DNA from: an uncultured Verrucomicrobiae bacterium
GTDB lineage: Bacteria > Verrucomicrobiota > Verrucomicrobiia > Limisphaerales > Palsa-1400
Reading direction: 5' to 3'
DNA length: 64,000 bases
NCBI GenBank assembly: GCA_963764165.1
Contig: CAVXRD010000002.1
Span: 3,551,161-3,615,160 of the forward strand
How positions within the stretch are numbered: position 1 is the stretch's first letter; each line of letters starts with the position of its first letter. The notes beneath the pieces are model-generated. The model saw nothing but the letters and a program-made list of their open reading frames with translations. It was not told where the DNA came from and ran no database searches. Positions 57,001 to 64,000 of this stretch are shown here, piece by piece. The position numbers and the translations under genes were made by a program.

Positions 57001-60000
57001 TTGGCGATGACTTCGTCTTTAGCACCTTGACGCCGCCCCCGCCAACGGTCGTCACCCTGGGCGCGCTTTCAACTTCGGGAGGAATCACTCTGGACGCGCG
57101 TGTCAATCCAGAGCACGGCGCCACTTATGCCTGGTTCCAATACGGGATCGACACAAACTATGGAAGCACGACTTCGGAAATAAGTCTTGGCGCAACAAAT
57201 GCCTCCATCTTTGTCAGCGCCACGATATCATCCGGTTCAATCTACCACTATCGCGCTGTTGCCTCGAATATCGGCGGCGTTACGTATGGCGACGACCTGG
57301 TTTTTCCCCCTGCTGGCGCCGGCGCGGCCACGCCCATTATTGCCACTACGGAGGCCGCCAGTGGTGTTGGGATCACTCATGCCACGCTTAATGGCAGCGT
57401 CCATCCAAATGCAACTCCGGCCGCCGTTTTCTTCCAATATGGAATCAATACGAACTACGACTTCGACACCGCGACCAACTATTACTCCGCCTTCTCAGAC
57501 GCCCTGGCTTTCGACGGCAACCAAACTTATGTTGATTGCGGGACAAATATCGACCTTGATGCCGGTTCGTTTACCATCGAGTTCAATGCGCTCCGTAGTT
57601 CCTTCGGACGCTACGATCTCATCGTCGGGGATGGCCAATCGGAAAACACCGACCAATACCTGCATATCGGCTTCCGTGATTACGATGTCTTCACCTTCGC
57701 CTTCTATGGTGATGACCTGAACACACCGATGCCCATCGACACCACCACTGGCACCAATGTTTGGCATCACTGGGCCTGCGTCTATGATGCGAATGCGAAC
57801 ACCCGCAGCATCTATATGGATGGCATGCTTCTGGCCCAGGACAATCCCACCGGCCAATTACAAGCCGTGGGAGAATTCGATCTCGGACTGGCTTTTGGCA
57901 ACTATTACCTGGGTCTGCTCCAGGAAGTGCGCGTTTGGAACGCGGCCCTGCCGCAATCCACAATTCAAGTCTGGATGAATAGCACGGTCTCCCCGGCCCA
58001 TCCTTATTTTGCTCAGTTACAAGCGTGGTGGCCGATGAATGAAGGTTCTGGCGATACCATTATCGACCAAAGCGGCAGCGGAAACAACGGCACTCTCATT
58101 GATGAGCCGCTATGGACTAATTTTGACCAAAGCATCTGGCCAATAACCAACCTCACAACCAATCTCCTGGCCGGCACGTCATACCATTACCAGCTTGCGG
58201 CAGTAGGCGAGATTAGTTCGGCCTTTGGAAACGATGTCACTTTCACTACCTTGCCGTTGGCCCCGCCGCAAGTCTTTACCCTCTCCGCGACGATGTTTGC
58301 CACAAATAATACAGCCATCCTCAATGGCGCTGTCCTGCCTGATGGCAGCGATACGATAGCCTGGTTCGAGTATGGACCGGATACCAATTATGGCAACGCC
58401 ACTGCCGCGCAAAATCTCGGAAGCAGTGATCTGACACCATCTTTGCCTCAGGCTGCAATCCAGAATGCCATTGGCACACACTACCGCCTGGTCGCTTCCA
58501 ATGGCTTGGGAACGTTTTACGGAGCCGATTGGGTGATTGATCCGCCGGCAACCCTCGTCGGCACCAATTTCACTCAGTTGAAATATGGCGCCATGGCCTG
58601 GGGCGATCTCAACAACGACGGCTACCTCGACCTGGTCCAAACCGGTTACGATACCAACTACAACTCAGTGACCGAAATCTGGATGAACCAGGGCAATGGC
58701 ACATTCGTCAAAAGTCCCGCCACTCTGACCCAGGTTGGCAACAGCTCTATTGCCCTCGCCGACTACGACAATGATGGTTATCTGGACATCCTCCTCACCG
58801 GCTACGATAACAATGGCTACGCCGATACCGAATTGTGGCGCAACATGGGTGATGGCACCTTTACTAACGTGAATATTCCGCTCCCGGGAGTCGGCTACAG
58901 CGCCGTGGCCTGGGCCGACTTTGATAACGATGGAAAACCGGACATACTCCTCACCGGCTACGACAACAATGGCGATAACGTCGCTCAAATCTGGCGTAAT
59001 TTGGGAGGCGGCGTCTTTACTAACCTGAACGTCCCGCTAACCGGCATTTCCGATTCCTCTGTTGCTGTGGGTGATTTGATGGGAGACGGCTACATGGACA
59101 TTGTGCTCGGCGGTTGGGTTAATAATAACTATATTTCACAAGTCTGGCGCAACCTGGGCAATGGAGTCTTTACAAATCTCAATGTCCCATTGCCCGGGAT
59201 TAATACGGAGCCTAACTCCATAGCTTTGGGAGATTTTGGAAACGACGGACACCTGGACATTTTGTTAGAGGGCCAAGACACTAATTATAACCCGGTGTGC
59301 CAGCTTTGGCACAATTTGGGTGGTGGCATATTTACCAACGCGAACGCAAATCTGCCTCCGCTTTTTTGGGGATCGCTTGCCGTCGGTGATTACAATAATG
59401 ACGGCTACCTGGATATCCTTTTAACAGGATTCGATATTCAAGGTTACGAACAGACATCGCTCATGCTCAATCAGCGCAATGACACGTTCGCCGATGCCAA
59501 TGAAGGCTTGCCGCCGCTTCAATACGGTTTCGTTACTTTCGGCGATTTCAATAATGATGGACGCATCGATATGTTTTTATTGGGATTGAATTTCAACTAT
59601 CAACCGCTTTCTGAACTGTGGCAAAATAATTGCATTACCTCGAACACCCCGCCAAGCCCCCCCACAAACTTATGGCTTTCGTATAGTGCCACTAACGCCG
59701 TGCTGACTTGGAATGCAGGCAGCGATGCGCAGACTCCGGTTCAGTCTCTAAGCTACAATGTTCGCGTCGGCTCCGCTCCGGGAGCATCCGATGTTGTCTC
59801 TCCTCAATCTTTGCCAAACGGCTATCGCTTGTTGCCGGCGCCGGGCAACGCGGGAGAGCGACTGTTCCTGCTGCTGACTAATTTGAACGTCGGTTCCAAC
59901 TACTACTGGACCGTTCAAGCCGTCGATGGTGCGTACGCCGGTTCTTCTTTCGCAGCCGAACAATCGTTCACTTTTACGCCGCCTGCACCCACAATTCAGG

Positions 60001-63000
60001 AAACGATTACGTTCAATTCTATTTCAAACCATGCCTACGGCGATTCGCCATTCGCCCTGGCCGCCTCGACGTCTCCGGATAACGGCTTGCCTATTGCATT
60101 TACCGTCCTATCCGGTCCGGCCAGCATAGGCAGCAATCTTTTGACAATTACTGGGGTCGGCACTGTTTTCGTCCAAGCCGCCTTGGTGACTAACAGCCAA
60201 TACGTTGCCGCGCCCGTTCAGCAATCGTTTATTGTCAATGTGGCATCACCATCGATTTTGTGGACCAATCCGGTGAGCATCACCTACGGCACGGCGCTGG
60301 ACAGCAATCAACTCGGGGCCAGCGCCAATGTGGCGGGCACGTTCGCTTACAACCCGACCAATGGCACGGTGCTCGAGACCGGCACCAACACGCTGACCAC
60401 GGTCTTTACCCCGGCGGACACGGTGGATTATCTGGCGGTCACAGGCACCGTGACGCTGATTGTTGTGCCGGCGCCGTTGATGGTGACGGCCCATGACGCG
60501 AGCCGCAGCTATGGCCAGGCCAATCCCACCTTCAGCGGCACGATCAATGGATTGGTCAATGGCGACAGCATCACCGCCAGTTATTCGACCGCGGCCACCC
60601 CCGGCAGCCCGGTTGGAAGTTATGCCATTGTCCCGAGCCTGGCAGATCCGAACAACCTCGAATCGAACTACACCGTGACCCTGGTCAATGGGACGCTGGC
60701 CGTCACTCCAGCGACGCCGATCCTTGCCTGGACCAATCCGGTGAGCATCACCTACGGCACAGCGCTGGACAGCAATCAACTCGGGGCCAGCGCCAATGTG
60801 GCGGGCACGTTCGCCTACAACCCGACCAATGGCACGGTGCTCGAGACCGGCACCAACACGCTGACCACGGTCTTTACCCCGGCGGACACGGTGGATTATC
60901 TGGCGGTCACAGGCACCGTGACGCTGATTGTTGTGCCGGCGCCGTTGATGGTGACGGCCCATGACGCGAGCCGCAGCTATGGCCAGGCCAATCCCACCTT
61001 CAGCGGCACGATCAATGGATTGGTCAATGGCGACAGCATCACCGCCAGTTATTCGACCGCGGCCACCCCCGGCAGCCCGGTTGGAAGCTATGCCATTGTC
61101 CCGAGCCTGGCAGATCCGAACAACCTCGAATCGAACTACACCGTGACCCTGGTCAATGGGACGCTGGCCGTCACTCCAGCGACGCCGATCCTTGCCTGGA
61201 CCAATCCGGTGAGCATCACCTACGGCACAGCGCTGGACAGCAATCAACTCGGGGCCAGCGCCAATGTGGCGGGCACGTTCGCTTACAACCCGACCAATGG
61301 CACGGTGCTCGAGACCGGCACCAACACGCTGACCACGGTCTTTACCCCGGCGGACACGGTGGATTATCTGGCGGTCACAGGCACCGTGACGCTGATTGTT
61401 GTGCCGGCGCCGTTGATGGTGACGGCCCATGACGCGAGCCGCAGCTATGGCCAGGCCAATCCCACCTTCAGCGGCACGATCAATGGATTGGTCAATGGCG
61501 ACAGCATCACCGCCAGTTATTCGACCGCGGCCACCCCCGGCAGCCCGGTTGGAAGCTATGCCATTGTCCCGAGCCTGGCAGATCCGAACAACCTCGAATC
61601 GAACTACACCGTGACCCTGGTCAATGGGACGCTGGCCGTCACTCCAGCGACGCCGATCCTTGCCTGGACCAATCCGGTGAGCATCACCTACGGCACGGCG
61701 CTGGACAGCAATCAACTCGGGGCCAGCGCCAATGTGGCGGGCACGTTCGCCTACAACCCGACCAATGGCACGGTGCTCGAGACCGGCACCAACACGCTGA
61801 CCACGGTCTTTACCCCGGCGGACACGGTGGATTATCTGGCGGTCACAGGCACCGTGACGCTGATTGTTGTGCCGGCGCCGTTGATGGTGACGGCCCATGA
61901 CGCGAGCCGCAGCTATGGCCAGGCCAATCCCACCTTCAGCGGCACGATCAATGGATTGGTCAATGGCGACAGCATCACCGCCAGTTATTCGACCGCGGCC
62001 ACCCCCGGCAGCCCGGTTGGAAGTTATGCCATTGTCCCGAGCCTGGCAGATCCGAACAACCTCGAATCGAACTACACCGTGACCCTGGTCAATGGGACGC
62101 TGGCCGTCACTCCAGCGACGCCGATCCTTGCCTGGACCAATCCGGTGAGCATCACCTACGGCACAGCGCTGGACAGCAATCAACTCGGGGCCAGCGCCAA
62201 TGTGGCGGGCACGTTCGCCTACAACCCGACCAATGGCACGGTGCTCGAGACCGGCACCAACACGCTGACCACGGTCTTTACCCCGGCGGACACGGTGGAT
62301 TATCTGGCGGTCACAGGCACCGTGACGCTGATTGTTGTGCCGGCGCCGTTGATGGTGACGGCCCATGACGCGAGCCGCAGCTATGGCCAGGCCAATCCCA
62401 CCTTCAGCGGCACGATCAACGGATTGGTCAATGGCGACAGCATCACCGCCAGTTATTCGACCGCGGCCACCCCCGGCAGTCCGGTTGGAAGTTATGCCAT
62501 TGTCCCGAGCCTGGCAGATCCGAACAACCTCGAATCGAACTACACCGTGACCCTGGTCAATGGGACGCTGGCCGTCACTCCAGCCACGCCGATCCTTGCC
62601 TGGACCAATCCGGTGAACATCACCTACGGCACAGCGCTGGACAGCAATCAACTCGGGGCCACCGCCAATGTGGCGGGCACGTTCGCTTACAACCCGACCA
62701 ATGGCACGGTGCTCGAGACCGGCACCAACACGCTGACCACGGTCTTTACCCCGGCGGACACGGTGGATTATCTGGCGGTCACAGGCACCGTGACGCTGAT
62801 TGTTGTGCCGGCGCCGTTGATGGTGACGGCCCATGACGCGAGCCGCAGCTATGGCCAGGCCAATCCCACCTTCAGCGGCACGATCAATGGATTGGTCAAT
62901 GGCGACAGCATCACCGCCAGTTATTCGACCGCGGCCACCCCCGGCAGCCCGGTTGGAAGTTATGCCATTGTCCCGAGCCTGGCAGATCCGAACAACCTCG

Positions 63001-64000
63001 AATCGAACTACACCGTGACCCTGGTCAATGGGACGCTGGCCGTCACTCCAGCGACGCCGATCCTTGCCTGGACCAATCCGGTGAGCATCACCTACGGCAC
63101 AGCGCTGGACAGCAATCAACTCGGGGCCAGCGCCAATGTGGCGGGCACGTTCGCCTACAACCCGACCAATGGCACGGTGCTCGAGACCGGCACCAACACG
63201 CTGACCACGGTCTTTACCCCGGCGGACACGGTGGATTATCTGGCGGTCACAGGCACCGTGACGCTGATTGTTGTGCCGGCGCCGTTGATGGTGACGGCCC
63301 ATGACGCGAGCCGCAGCTATGGCCAGGCCAATCCCACCTTCAGCGGCACGATCAATGGATTGGTCAATGGCGACAGCATCACCGCCAGTTATTCGACCGC
63401 GGCCACCCCCGGCAGCCCGGTTGGAAGCTATGCCATTGTCCCGAGCCTGGCAGATCCGAACAACCTCGAATCGAACTACACCGTGACCCTGGTCAATGGG
63501 ACGCTGGCCGTCACTCCAGCGACGCCGATCCTTGCCTGGACCAATCCGGTGAGCATCACCTACGGCACGGCGCTGGACAGCAATCAACTCGGGGCCAGCG
63601 CCAATGTGGCGGGCACGTTCGCCTACAACCCGACCAATGGCACGGTGCTCGAGACCGGCACCAACACGCTGACCACGGTCTTTACCCCGGCGGACACGGT
63701 GGATTATCTGGCGGTCACAGGCACCGTGACGCTGATTGTTGTGCCGGCGCCGTTGATGGTGACGGCCCATGACGCGAGCCGCAGCTATGGCCAGGCCAAT
63801 CCCACCTTCAGCGGCACGATCAATGGATTGGTCAATGGCGACAGCATCACCGCCAGTTATTCGACCGCGGCCACCCCCGGCAGCCCGGTTGGAAGCTATG
63901 CCATTGTCCCGAGCCTGGCAGATCCGAACAACCTCGAATCGAACTACACCGTGACCCTGGTCAATGGGACGCTGGCCGTCACTCCAGCGACGCCGATCCT
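24912..64000 (+). CDS. Giant multidomain surface/adhesin-like protein, remainder (~13,000 codons, open at window end)
   Basis: The frame with codons starting at positions divisible by 3 opens after TGA 24909-24911. It gives sensible domains wherever sampled, including the last line (VNGTLAVTPATPI). No long plus-strand ORF ends in this span in the track, as expected if no stop is reached. Confidence 0.92.
28310..32575 (+). repeat. Three closely related tandem copies (modules 4-6) with a 1533-bp period
   Basis: Identical blocks recur at +1533; the shadow ORFs at 28555, 30088 and 31621 show the period. Confidence 0.93.
48020..49050 (+). other. Two jelly-roll/CBM-like domains separated by an Ig domain
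   Basis: LAQAL...WF...AAQSG.I...QS.M.TT.TGP...SFWWK.S...W......G...L.W.Y occurs twice (~48020 and ~48660). Confidence 0.6.
49065..50870 (+). other. Gly-rich, autotransporter-passenger-like segment
   Basis: VTSTADSGRGTLRQAL head, GGFGGGGGGAGLGGA, long GGGGG/FGGGG runs to ~50280, IKDGLGTLI (PATR-like) near 50380. Confidence 0.7.
54180..54955 (+). other. NHL-repeat beta-propeller
   Basis: PENIATDAYGNIYVVN, PAEIGLDSGGNLYVADFYANRIVKFD, NGICVGNDGYIYIPDSQYNRILKFD. Confidence 0.8.
55830..58540 (+). other. FN3-like domains carrying two LamG/ConA-like lectin domains
   Basis: ATLNG.V.P...F.YG.DTNYG...YHY domains; LamG motifs ALAFDG...WHHVAVTFDG..RTIYLDG...F.GAIGEVRVWN at ~56290-56890 and ~57500-58120. 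Confidence 0.8.
58580..59630 (+). repeat. Seven FG-GAP/VCBS repeats (Ca2+-binding propeller), followed by an FN3 domain
   Basis: WGDLNNDGYLD, LADYDNDGYLD, WADFDNDGKPD, VGDLMGDGYMD, LGDFGNDGHLD, VGDYNNDGYLD, FGDFNNDGRID at ~156-bp spacing. Confidence 0.88.
60261..64000 (+). repeat. Tandem array of at least 8 near-identical 468-bp (156-aa) Ig-like plus MBG units
   Basis: TGGACCAATCCGGTGA starts at 60261, 60729, 61197, 61665, 62133, 62601, 63069 and 63537; the array runs off the window. Confidence 0.97.

Larger units (their letters stand above)
13163..64000. mobile_element. Putative genomic island (integrative mobilizable element, degraded) integrated at tRNA-Thr; right boundary not seen
   Basis: tRNA followed by integrase remnant, AlpA, MOBQ relaxase with oriT, and Fic. 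No second copy of the tRNA 3' end was noticed, so including the giant gene is an inference. Confidence 0.6.

Noticed and set aside
25275..60129. Many short ORFs on both strands in the track
   Set aside because: Off-frame or antisense shadows of the single giant reading frame.
60246..63770. 1174-aa minus-strand ORF
   Set aside because: Antisense shadow of the 468-bp coding repeats; Arg/His-rich with no domain features.
60261..64000. Possible CRISPR array
   Set aside because: Units are 468-bp in-frame coding repeats with no unique spacers and no cas genes.

Overview
Bacterial window whose gene content (PEP-CTERM protein, this ECF sigma type, this integrase type, TN-rich giant exoprotein) suggests Verrucomicrobia; this is an inference. 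1-13 kb is chromosomal backbone: sialate O-acetylesterase 3' end, YXWGXW lipoprotein, Fe3+-type ABC binding protein, ECF sigma, PEP-CTERM protein, SWIM-SNF2 helicase, FecR protein plus CHASE2 adenylate cyclase, and two membrane proteins. Two diverged ~290-bp copies of an unexplained element (promoter-like sequence, small ORF, TTGCACCCTA repeats) face each other across 8.6 kb of it. After tRNA-Thr(UGU) at 13088-13162 a decaying integrative/mobilizable island begins: truncated tyrosine integrase, AlpA, a MOBQ relaxase with a duplicated catalytic-Tyr motif interrupted by an IS5-family element, a MOBQ-type oriT, a Fic protein, a propeller/Y_Y_Y sensor kinase, a broken NarL-type regulator, operator palindromes and a REC protein. 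From 22790 to the window end lies one giant secreted-protein gene (>41 kb, >13,700 codons, no stop reached), broken once by a frameshift near 24.96 kb; the part after the shift is missing from the ORF track. It has 16 beta-helix modules mostly linked by Ig-like domains, a Gly-rich segment, MBG domains, NHL and FG-GAP propellers, LamG domains inside FN3-like domains, and at least 8 near-identical 468-bp repeats. No CRISPR or rRNA was seen. All calls are by eye; no searches were run.
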